This document shows, one piece after another, positions 18,753 through 27,177 of a DNA stretch of 64,000 nt. Location: contig JAWLBL010000013.1 in NCBI GenBank assembly GCA_041687695.1, positions 128,001 through 192,000 on the forward strand, written 5' to 3'. Each line of letters opens with the position of its first letter. The stretch's first letter is position 1. The position numbers and the translations under genes were made by a program. A model generated the notes under the pieces. That model was not told the DNA's origin. It saw only the letters and a program-made list of their open reading frames with translations, and did no database searches. The stretch comes from Myxococcota bacterium (GTDB taxonomy: Bacteria; Myxococcota_A; UBA9042; PHBI01; JAWLBL01).

Positions 18753-18992
18753 GCCCTCACGTCGGGCGCCGCGCGTGCGGCGTCCGGCGCTCGTCGCTTC
18801 GATCGTGGCGCGGGCTCCCAGCCCGCGTCCTCCGTCCGCTCCTCCCGCCCACCTCCCTCCCTCCGGGCGGAGATCTCACGGCCCACGCTTGCCCGCCGGG
18901 CCGCCGTTCCTAGCTTCCGCGCCTTGGGCCAGCGCCTGCCCCGTGACGCCACGGGCGCCGGGGGCTGTCTGGCTGCGCTTCGGCCCCGACCA

Positions 18993-19021
18993 TTGACACA
19001 CAGCGTCCCGCTTGCGACGAT
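18993..19021 (+). promoter_or_regulatory. Putative promoter of cdnL/carD
   Basis: TTGACA-17nt-GACGAT with TGn extension. Confidence 0.5.
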
Positions 19022-19149
19022 GCAGCGCGCTTCCGACCAACGGAGCGAGCGGCTTGTTCGACGCCAAAAGCCGGGTCTCATAGGCCTTTCGGGCGCGTCT
19101 CAGTCGGCCGCCGACGCGATTGCCAGGATCGAGCCCCCAAGGAGTCTAA

Positions 19150-19665
19150 ATGCAATTTCCCTTCAAGATCGGCGACAAGGCCGTCTATCCCGCGCAGGGA
19201 GTGACGGAGATCATGGGGATCGAGAGCATGGAGATTTCCGGGACGCAGCACACGGTCTACGTCCTCCGGGTGCTCGACACCAACCGCACGATCCGCATCC
19301 CGGTCAACAAGATCAGCTCGGTCGGCCTGCGCTCGGTCATCCAGGGCGAGGAGATCGACGAGGTCTACGGCATCCTCCGCGAGCGCCCCGGCAAGTTCGA
19401 CCAGCAGACCTGGAACCGCCGCTATCGCCGCTACCTCGAGAAGATCAAGACCGGCTCGGTCTACGACGTCGCCGAGGTCCTGCGCGATCTGTACCTGCTC
19501 AAGTACGACAAGAACCTGTCGTTCGGCGAGCGCAAGATGCTCGACACGGCCCGCTCCCTGCTGGTCAAGGAGCTGTCCATCGCCCGCGAGAGCGCCGAGG
19601 ACGCCGTCGAGCGCGAGCTCGAGGAGATCTTCGCCGACCAGGAGCCGCTCGAGAAGACGGCCTGA
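19150..19665 (+). CDS. cdnL: CarD/CdnL family RNA polymerase-binding regulator
   Basis: FKIGDKAVYPAQGV, IPV, GLR, TWNRRYR, AEVLRDL, LSFGERKML; no AT-hook tail; AAGGAG RBS. Confidence 0.93.
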   Translation: MQFPFKIGDKAVYPAQGVTEIMGIESMEISGTQHTVYVLRVLDTNRTIRIPVNKISSVGLRSVIQGEEIDEVYGILRERPGKFDQQTWNRRYRRYLEKIKTGSVYDVAEVLRDLYLLKYDKNLSFGERKMLDTARSLLVKELSIARESAEDAVERELEEIFADQEPLEKTA

Positions 19666-19693
19666 GTCGCGGCGCAGGGCGCATCGCGCATTG

Positions 19694-19728
19694 AGAAGGG
19701 GCGGCTCCGGCGCGCCCCTTCTTCGTTT
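19694..19728. terminator. Intrinsic terminator hairpin between convergent genes
   Basis: AGAAGGGGCG ... CGCCCCTTCT followed by TCGTTT. Confidence 0.7.
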
Positions 19729-19794
19729 CGAAGGCCGGCGCTCGGCTCCGGGGCCGGCGCCGCCGCCGTCGGCCTCCGGCGCCCGGCGCCGCGC

Positions 19795-21297
19795 TCAGCG
19801 TCCGCCGACGCCCGCCATCCGGTGGTCGCTGGCCGAGGTGGGCGCGTCCGCGGCCTCCTCGGGCCGCCGCGCGAGGCACCAACGCGCGATCATGGCCTCG
19901 TAGAAGCGCAGCGCCGCCTCGAGGTGGCTGACCGGGATGCCCTCGTCGTCGCGGTACAGGTCGCCCGCGCCGCGCCCCGGCCCGAACACCAGCGTCGCCG
20001 CGCCGGTCTCGGCGATGAGGCCGGCGTCCGTGCTCAGGCGCCCGCCCGACAGGACCGGCGGCACCCCGGCCGCGCGCAGGCTCTCGCGGGCGGCGGTCAG
20101 GAAGCCGGAGTCGTCGGCGCCGGCGGCCAGGGCCGCGCGGTCCTGCGTCACCTGGACGGTGAAGTCGAGCTCGTCCTCGCGGGCGAGGGCCCGCTGCACG
20201 GCGGCGACGAACCGGTCGCCGATGGCGTGGGTGTCGACGCCGGGCCCGGTCCACATGGTGATGACCCCGGTGACGGTGTCCCGGTCCGATTCGAGCCAGC
20301 CGGTGTGCGCGGCGGGGCGCGGGCGGGCGGCCAGGGCGTTGCGCTCGGGCGCGGTCACCTCGGCCACGGCGGCGAGGCCGGCGTCGCGCGCCCGCAGCCA
20401 GGCCTCGAACATCGGGTCGATGGGGAAGGGCAGGGGCGTGCCGTCCGCGAGGGCGCGGGCGGTGACGTCCGGCGGCAGCGGCGGCAGGTCGTCGTAGCTG
20501 GTCGCGATCTGCATGGTGCAGCGCGCCGGGACGCGGTTGGAGGCCTCGCCCGCCTCGAAGGACAGGACGCGCACGTCGCCCGCCTGGCGCAGCTGCTTCA
20601 GCACCTCGAGGCCGCGGGCCAGGGCGTCGGCGCCGAGGTGGGGCACCTGCGCGTGGGCCGAGCGCCCGGGCACCTCGACCTCGAAGAACCCGCGCGTGGG
20701 CGGCATGCGGCGGTGGCGGATCTGGCGCTCGATCTGCAGCCGGAAGCTGACGTAGCCGGGGTGGTCGGTCCAGATCTCGAGGTTGGTCGGCGCGCCCACC
20801 AGGGCGGCCGCCGGGCGCGCGCTGTTGCCGTCGAGCAGGGCCCGGATGCCGGTGCCGCGGGCCTCCTCGCCGAAGAGGGCGACGACGTGCAGGGGGCGGA
20901 CGAGGCGCTCGTGGCGAAAGCGCGAGGCGGCCAGGATCTTCAGCACCAGATCGACCTTGCCGCTGCAGGCGCCGAGGCCGTGCAGCAGGCCGGTGCGCGG
21001 GTCGAGGCGGGGCTCGAAGGGGTCGCCGCCGGTCGAGCGCCAGACGCCCGGGACCGGATCGGCGCCGGTGGACACGCACGACACGAGCCACAGCGGCTCG
21101 TCGACGCGCTCGCCGTGGCCGAGGCCGACGAGGTTGACGAAGTCGGCGGTCTCGCTCGACGAGACCTGCTCGAAGATGTGCAGCTCTCCGTAGAACATGA
21201 GATCCATCAGGTACGCGATCGTGTCGGAGGCGCTGTGCCTCAGGCGGGAGTCGCGTCGAAGGATCTCGAGCACGGCGTCGACGGGCTTGACCGGCAT
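19795..21297 (-). CDS. M20 family (ArgE/DapE-like) peptidase homologue with degenerate metal ligands
   Basis: GDPF, LHGLGAC..K.D, GEE...[28 protein letters not shown]. Confidence 0.8.
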   Translation of the reverse strand: MPVKPVDAVLEILRRDSRLRHSASDTIAYLMDLMFYGELHIFEQVSSSETADFVNLVGLGHGERVDEPLWLVSCVSTGADPVPGVWRSTGGDPFEPRLDPRTGLLHGLGACSGKVDLVLKILAASRFRHERLVRPLHVVALFGEEARGTGIRALLDGNSARPAAALVGAPTNLEIWTDHPGYVSFRLQIERQIRHRRMPPTRGFFEVEVPGRSAHAQVPHLGADALARGLEVLKQLRQAGDVRVLSFEAGEASNRVPARCTMQIATSYDDLPPLPPDVTARALADGTPLPFPIDPMFEAWLRARDAGLAAVAEVTAPERNALAARPRPAAHTGWLESDRDTVTGVITMWTGPGVDTHAIGDRFVAAVQRALAREDELDFTVQVTQDRAALAAGADDSGFLTAARESLRAAGVPPVLSGGRLSTDAGLIAETGAATLVFGPGRGAGDLYRDDEGIPVSHLEAALRFYEAMIARWCLARRPEEAADAPTSASDHRMAGVGGR

Positions 21298-21443
21298 CGG
21301 ACACCTCGGTGCGGCGCGCCAGGGCGCGCGGGCGGACGGCGGCTAGGCGGCCACCGACCCCGCCGCTCGGCGAGCGGTCGGTCGGGCGGACCGCGGGGCC
21401 GATCGAATCGATCCCTTGGGCATGTTGTCAACTGGAGCGGCGG

Positions 21444-21905
<462 letters not shown>

Positions 21906-21943
21906 GCGAGGGCGAAGCCCGATCTTGATCCTCGCCGCGATGG

Positions 21944-21960
21944 CGATACACTTGTTCAGT
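21944..21960 (+). promoter_or_regulatory. Myxococcus-type LexA (SOS) box overlapping the imuA promoter
   Basis: CGATACACTTGTTCAGT matches CTRHAMRYBYGTTCAGS at 15/17 positions; overlaps candidate -10 TACACT (TTGATC at 21925), 2 nt before the imuA ATG. Confidence 0.75.
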
Positions 21961-21962
21961 GT

Positions 21963-22877
21963 ATGGCCCAGCGCGTGACCATCGACGAGCTCAAGGCTCG
22001 TCTCCATCAGGCCTTCCCCGAGGCGATCCCCGAGGCGGAGCTCCCGTCGCCCTCGGGGCGGGTCGCGACCGGGGTGCCGCGGCTCGATCGGCTGCTCGGC
22101 GGCGGGCTCGTCGCCGGGCAGGTGGCGGCCTGGCTGGCCGCGCCGGGGGCCGGCTCGGCTTCGCTGATGCGCGCGACGGCGCGCCGGGCGCTGGGCGACG
22201 GCCACCGCGTCGCGATCGTGGACGCGGGCGGGACGCTGGCCCCGGCGGACTGGGCGCCGATCGGCGCGCCCCCTCAGGAGCGGCTGTGGTTCGTGCGCCC
22301 ACCGGTCGGCGGCGATCCCGAGGAGGCGGGCCGCCAGGGCCTGTGGGCGGCCGAGGTGCTGACCCGCTCGGGCGCCTTCGGCCTGGTGATGCTGGATCTG
22401 ACCGGCCTCGACGTGCGCGGGGCCACCCGCTGGGCCGCGCCCCTGCGTCGGGCGGCGCGCGACGGCGCCGCGGCCCTGCTCCTGGTCGGCGAGGCCGCCA
22501 CCCGCGCCGCGCCGACCCAGGTCGTCCGTCTCGAACCCCGGGCGCCCGCCCCCGCCGATCTCGAGGCCGGGCGCCGCGCGCTGGGGGTGTCGCTCGTGCG
22601 CGGCGGCCCCCCCGGCGCCGAGGAGCTCGTCATCGATGCTCGCCCCTGTCTCGTCCCGCGTCGCCTGCCTGCGCTCGCCGTGGTTCGCGATCGACGTCCT
22701 GGCGCGCGACGGCCTCGCCGCGAAGGGTTCGCCGATCGCGGTGATCCGGGGCGCCGGCACGCACGCGCGGGTCGCGCTGGCCAGCCCGGCGGCCAGGGCC
22801 GCTGGGGTGCGGGCCGGGCAGAGCCCGTCGGAGGCGCGGGCCCTGGCGCGCGATCTGGCGCTGACGACGTGGGATGA
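21963..22877 (+). CDS. imuA: ImuA (RecA-like mutasome accessory protein)
   Basis: VATGVPRLDRLLGGGL, degenerate Walker A PGAGSAS, VAIVD..GTL.P, LWAAEVLTRSGAFGLVMLD. Confidence 0.85.
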   Translation: MAQRVTIDELKARLHQAFPEAIPEAELPSPSGRVATGVPRLDRLLGGGLVAGQVAAWLAAPGAGSASLMRATARRALGDGHRVAIVDAGGTLAPADWAPIGAPPQERLWFVRPPVGGDPEEAGRQGLWAAEVLTRSGAFGLVMLDLTGLDVRGATRWAAPLRRAARDGAAALLLVGEAATRAAPTQVVRLEPRAPAPADLEAGRRALGVSLVRGGPPGAEELVIDARPCLVPRRLPALAVVRDRRPGARRPRREGFADRGDPGRRHARAGRAGQPGGQGRWGAGRAEPVGGAGPGARSGADDVG

Positions 22878-24186
22878 GGCGCGGATCGCGGCGGCGATGG
22901 CGGCGCTGGGCGAGCGGCTCGAGGCGGTGACGCCGCGGCTGGCGCCCGCGGGGCCGGGGTGCTTCTGGCTCGAGCCGGTGGTCTCGCGGGGCGAGGACGA
23001 GCGGGCCTTCGCCGCGCGGCTGCTCGAGGCGGCGCGTGGCGAGCGGCTGACCGAGGCGCGCGTGGCCATCGCGGACGGGCCGGTCGCGGCCTCGGCGGCG
23101 GCGCGGACGGCGCGCGAGGCGGTGACCTGCCTGCCGCCGGGCGGGGACGCGGCCTTCCTGGCGGGGCTGCCCATCGAGCTCCTGGGCGTCGGGCCGGCGA
23201 TGCGCGAGCTGCTGGTGGCGCTGGGCGTGCGCACCGGGGCCGCGCTGCAGGCGATGGACCCGGGGCTGCTCGAGGCGCGCTTCGGGCCCGAGGGGCGCCG
23301 CCTGTGGCTGCGGGCGCGCGGGCAGACGCGGCGGCGGCCGCTGACGCCGCGCGGGCGGCCCGAGCACCGGGTCGAGGTGCCGCTGCTCGAGGCGACGGCG
23401 CACCTCGAGCCGGTCCTGTTCGTGCTGCGGGGCGCCATCGATCGGGTGGCGCGGGCCATGGCGGGGGCGGGGGCGGCCGTCGCGCGGCTGCGTGTCACCC
23501 TGGTGCGCGAGCGGGGCGAGGCGACGCGGCTCGAGCTGGCGCCGTCGCGGCCGAGCGCCGAGGGGCCGCTGCTCTTCGAGCTGGTCCGGGCGCGCCTGGC
23601 CGAGTCGCCCGACGGCGAGGAGGGGGCGCCGGACTGGACGGCCCACCCGGTGACCGACGTCGTCGTCGAGGTGGGCGAGGGCGCGCCGCTGAACCCGCTG
23701 CAGGGCGACCTGTTCGCCGCGCGCTGGCGCGACCCGGTGGCGCTCGAGGCGGCGCTGGCGCGGCTGACGGGCCGCTTCGGCGAGGGCGCGGTGGCCGTGC
23801 CGGTCGCGGTGGACACCTGGCGGCCCGAGCGGGCGGGGATCTGGCGGCCGGTGGCCGAGGCGGGGGCGGCCGCGGCGACCGGGGCGGCGCCGTCCGAGGC
23901 CCCCGCCGAGGCCGCGGACGGGGACGTCAGCGCCTGCGTGCGGCTGCTGCCCGAGCCGGCCCCGGTGCGGCTCGACGCCGAGCGGCGGCAGGTCTTCGGG
24001 GCGCGGGCGCGGGGGCCGGTCACGGTCACGGCCTGGCGCGGGCCCGAGCGGCTGTCGGGCGAGGCCTGGGGCGAGGACCCCTGGGACCGCGACTACTTCT
24101 GGCTGCTGACGGCCGAGGCCGGGGCGCTGTGGGTCTACCGGGATCGCCGCGCGGGGGGGTGGTTCCTGCACGGCTGGCTCGACTGA
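22636..24186 (+). CDS. imuB: ImuB (catalytically inactive Y-family polymerase)
   Basis: RVACL..PWF, ARAAGVRAGQ, LAGLPIELL, LGVRT, QGDLF clamp motif, DTWRPE, GPERLSGE.W...RDYF, WFLHGWLD. Confidence 0.9.
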   Translation: MLAPVSSRVACLRSPWFAIDVLARDGLAAKGSPIAVIRGAGTHARVALASPAARAAGVRAGQSPSEARALARDLALTTWDEARIAAAMAALGERLEAVTPRLAPAGPGCFWLEPVVSRGEDERAFAARLLEAARGERLTEARVAIADGPVAASAAARTAREAVTCLPPGGDAAFLAGLPIELLGVGPAMRELLVALGVRTGAALQAMDPGLLEARFGPEGRRLWLRARGQTRRRPLTPRGRPEHRVEVPLLEATAHLEPVLFVLRGAIDRVARAMAGAGAAVARLRVTLVRERGEATRLELAPSRPSAEGPLLFELVRARLAESPDGEEGAPDWTAHPVTDVVVEVGEGAPLNPLQGDLFAARWRDPVALEAALARLTGRFGEGAVAVPVAVDTWRPERAGIWRPVAEAGAAAATGAAPSEAPAEAADGDVSACVRLLPEPAPVRLDAERRQVFGARARGPVTVTAWRGPERLSGEAWGEDPWDRDYFWLLTAEAGALWVYRDRRAGGWFLHGWLD

Positions 24187-24221
24187 GGGCGCGCGGGTCG
24201 GGACGCGCCCCTAACCCTGGC

Positions 24222-24251
24222 TTGACGCTGGGAAAAGCCGGTGTCTATGAT
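24222..24251 (+). promoter_or_regulatory. Putative sigma70-type promoter
   Basis: TTGACG-18nt-TATGAT. Confidence 0.55.
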
Positions 24252-24297
24252 GCGCCGGCTCGACGGGACCGAGTGTCAGTCATCATCGAGGGTTAGC

Positions 24298-25641
24298 ATG
24301 GGCGAAGGCGCCGACAAGTCGAAGAAGGATGCTTCCACGGGCGAGCCCGAGGGGGGCCTCCCGGAGTTCATCGTGACCGAAGGCGCCGAAGACGCCGCGG
24401 ACACCACCGCCGCGGCCGAGGAGACCCAGGCCGAGGCGTCGTCCGACGCGGGCGCCGAGCTGTCGGCCGAGGAGGCGCTCGCCATCGCCGAGGCCGAGGC
24501 CGCGGCGGCCGAGGCGGCGGCCAAGGCGGCGGCGGCGGCGGCAGCGGCGGCGGCGGCCAAGGCCAAGGCCGAGAAGGTCAAGGCGGCGACCAGCGACACC
24601 GTCGAGGCGTCGGCCGAGGGCAAGGGCAAGAAGGGCAAGGCCAAGGGCGGCGGCGACAAGGCCAAGGACGTGGCCAAGGCGGCGGCGACCAAGGCGCCCG
24701 AGCCCGAGCCCGAGCCGATCCTGGTCATCAAGCCCAGCGCCGAGGGCCTGTTCGAGGGCAAGGTCGACGAGAAGGCCGCCGAGTCGTTCATCCCCGACGA
24801 GCCCTTCCGCGGCGGGCGCAGCAAGGTCGCCATCGGCGCCTTCGCGGTCGTGCTGCTGGCCACGGTCGGCGGCGGGGCGGTCATCGCCTCGAACGAGCGG
24901 CTCAAGACCGACGTGCAGTGCTTCCTCGAGCAGCGCCTCGACGAGTGCAAGGGCGCCGAGAAGCGCGCGCTCGAGGCCCGGTGGAAGGACGAGGACCTCA
25001 AGGCGCGCAACCGCTACGGCGACGTGACGCTGGTCTACTTCCCGCCGGACGCCAAGGTGAAGGTGACCAAGACCACCTACACCCAGGAGGGCCTGAGCGG
25101 CGCGCCCACCAAGTCGGGCGAGGAAGAGATCAAGAACGCCACGAGCGATCTGAAGCCGGGCCAGACCATCGAGCGCCTGCCGCTGCTCAACCTGCCGATC
25201 TTCGAGTCCGAGAAGAACGAGCAGGGCGACGTCACCACGGTCTTCACCTACGAGTACAAGCTCGAGTTCGAGCGCGAGGGCTACGAGCCGCGCACCTTCA
25301 CCTACCGCATCGACGACTGGCAGCGCGTCGGCCCGGGCAACGAGATCATCGACTGGAAGGGGCTCGACCTCATCCCGAAGCCCGAGACCCTGATGGCCAA
25401 CTTCGCCAAGGCGATGGGGCAGCTGCACTGCGCGCTCAAGGACAACAAGAAGGCCAAGGGCCTCGACCCCGAGAGCCTCGGGCTGGTCGAGGAGTCCGCC
25501 TTCGAGATCATCCGCCTGCGCAACGGCTTCAAGACCAAGGACGACTTCAACACGGCCTACTCCATCCTGACCGGCGGCCAGCACGCCGAGTGGTGGGCGA
25601 AGACCGCCGAGGAGATCGCCAAGAACAAGTGCGACGAGTGA
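24298..25641 (+). CDS. Bitopic membrane protein of unknown function
   Basis: Ala/Glu/Lys-rich low-complexity N-terminus, one TM helix (VAIGAFAVVLLATVGGGAVIA), C-terminal globular domain with 4 Cys. Confidence 0.8.
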   Translation: MGEGADKSKKDASTGEPEGGLPEFIVTEGAEDAADTTAAAEETQAEASSDAGAELSAEEALAIAEAEAAAAEAAAKAAAAAAAAAAAKAKAEKVKAATSDTVEASAEGKGKKGKAKGGGDKAKDVAKAAATKAPEPEPEPILVIKPSAEGLFEGKVDEKAAESFIPDEPFRGGRSKVAIGAFAVVLLATVGGGAVIASNERLKTDVQCFLEQRLDECKGAEKRALEARWKDEDLKARNRYGDVTLVYFPPDAKVKVTKTTYTQEGLSGAPTKSGEEEIKNATSDLKPGQTIERLPLLNLPIFESEKNEQGDVTTVFTYEYKLEFEREGYEPRTFTYRIDDWQRVGPGNEIIDWKGLDLIPKPETLMANFAKAMGQLHCALKDNKKAKGLDPESLGLVEESAFEIIRLRNGFKTKDDFNTAYSILTGGQHAEWWAKTAEEIAKNKCDE

Positions 25642-25698
25642 CGGCTCAGACGTGAGCTGAAGGCTCCTGGCACGAGCTGAAGGCTCCGGCCTGAGTCG
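25642..25698. repeat. Two direct repeats GAGCTGAAGGCTCC inside a flanking inverted repeat
   Basis: Copies at 25654-25667 and 25674-25687; CGGCTCAG / CTGAGTCG flanks. Confidence 0.7.
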
Positions 25699-25710
25699 GC
25701 GCCACGACGC

Positions 25711-25747
25711 GGAGGCGGCCCCCACCCGGAGGCCGCCTTCGTCCTTT
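25711..25747. terminator. Terminator-like hairpin between convergent genes
   Basis: GGAGGCGGCC ... GGCCGCCTTC followed by GTCCTTT. Confidence 0.6.
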
Positions 25748-25774
25748 CGAAGGCCCGCTCGGCCAGGCGCGCGG

Positions 25775-27004
25775 TCAGTCTCCGACGTCCTCGCCGGTCA
25801 GGTGGGCCCATGCGGGCGGCGTGCGCTCGCCCCGCAGGAAGGCGACGGCGTCGGCGGCCAGGGCGCGGATCTCGGGGTCGGCGTGGGCCGTCAGCGGCTC
25901 GAGGTGGGGCGTGGCCTGCGAGGCCTTGAGGCGCACGAGGCGGGTGATGGCGTAGCGCAGCTCGTCGGGGCCGCCGGCGCGGAGCAGCGGCACCACCTCG
26001 GCCACGCGCTCGGCGAGCGCCGCCTCCCACGTGTCCACCCACGGCCGCGTCGGGCCCTGGTCGACGCAGCCCTCGACCCGCTCCTCGAGCGCGCAGTACA
26101 GGCGCACGTGGAAGTGCTCCTCGTGGCGCGACGAGTCGCGCGGCTCGCGCAGGACGGCCTCGGCGCGCTCGACGAGCAGCGGGTCGGCCCCCGCGCTGCG
26201 GGCCCAGGCGATGAGGCGCGCCTTCAGCGGGTTCGAGACGAAGATCCACTGGATCTGCACGCGCGGGTCGCGCAAGAGCCCCTCGACCAGCGCCCAGTTG
26301 CGCGCGTCGTCGAACCACAGATCGCCGCCCCAGCGCGCGCGCCCGTCCGCGCCGAACGGGACCAGCTCCGGCTGATCGGCGATGCGCCAGGCGCCGTCGC
26401 GCACGTAGAAGGCCAGATCGACGTCGCGCCCGCTGTTGTGGCTGGCGTGGCCGTGCAGGTCGCCGCCGTCGCGCGCGCTGAGATCGCCCGCCCACAGGAC
26501 GCTGCCCGGCCACTGGTCCGCGACCCGCCGCGCCGCGCGCTCGAGGGCGCCGACCAGCTCGTCGGTGCCCCAGACGGCGCCGCGCCGGACCGAGATCGGG
26601 CGCGCCCGCAGCGGGCCCGTGTCGGTGAGGCGGCGCGCCCCGACCAGGTAGCCGCGCGACGCGGTGCCGATGGAGTAGCTGCGCTGGGCGCTGAGCCCGA
26701 CGAGGTGCGCCCGGTCGAAGGCCGGGATGGAGGCCTGGTGCGACGGCGCCGGCGGGGGCGGGGCCGACAGGCTGGCGGCCGGCAGGAGCTGCACGGCGCC
26801 GAGGTCGAGCCGGGCCAGCGCGCGGCCCTCGGCGGGGCCCGCGACGGGCGATGGGGGCGCGCACGACAGGCAGGCGGCCGCGCCGATCCCGGCGAGCCAA
26901 TCGCGGGGGCCCAGATGGGCGCGACCGCCCCGGCGCCCGCGGGGAGGCCGGGGCGGGTGCCGCGACGCGTCGGGCGACGGCCGATCTCGTAACGAGCGCT
27001 TCAC
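25775..27004 (-). CDS. Penicillin-insensitive murein endopeptidase (MepA family) with C-terminal HEAT-like repeat
   Basis: SIG....G.L, WGTDEL, GDLS..DGG, HASHNSGRDVD, HEEHFHVR. Start uncertain (27004 or 27085). Confidence 0.85.
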   Translation of the reverse strand: MKRSLRDRPSPDASRHPPRPPRGRRGGRAHLGPRDWLAGIGAAACLSCAPPSPVAGPAEGRALARLDLGAVQLLPAASLSAPPPPAPSHQASIPAFDRAHLVGLSAQRSYSIGTASRGYLVGARRLTDTGPLRARPISVRRGAVWGTDELVGALERAARRVADQWPGSVLWAGDLSARDGGDLHGHASHNSGRDVDLAFYVRDGAWRIADQPELVPFGADGRARWGGDLWFDDARNWALVEGLLRDPRVQIQWIFVSNPLKARLIAWARSAGADPLLVERAEAVLREPRDSSRHEEHFHVRLYCALEERVEGCVDQGPTRPWVDTWEAALAERVAEVVPLLRAGGPDELRYAITRLVRLKASQATPHLEPLTAHADPEIRALAADAVAFLRGERTPPAWAHLTGEDVGD

Positions 27005-27102
27005 CGCCGCGCACCGTACCGCAGCCTGGGCGCAGGCGCACCAAACGCGCGGCCGCGATCGCGGGTGAATTCTGGCTGAATACACCGCCGGGCGGCCCCT
27101 TT

Positions 27103-27132
27103 TTGACCGGGTCGGAGCCGGCCCGGTAAGCT
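27103..27132 (+). promoter_or_regulatory. Putative sigma70-type promoter of the first Cys-rich gene
   Basis: TTGACC-18nt-TAAGCT. Confidence 0.55.
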
Positions 27133-27177
27133 CCGCACGCGCGGGCCCGTCCAGGGCTCCAGGGGGACGAAGCGGTC

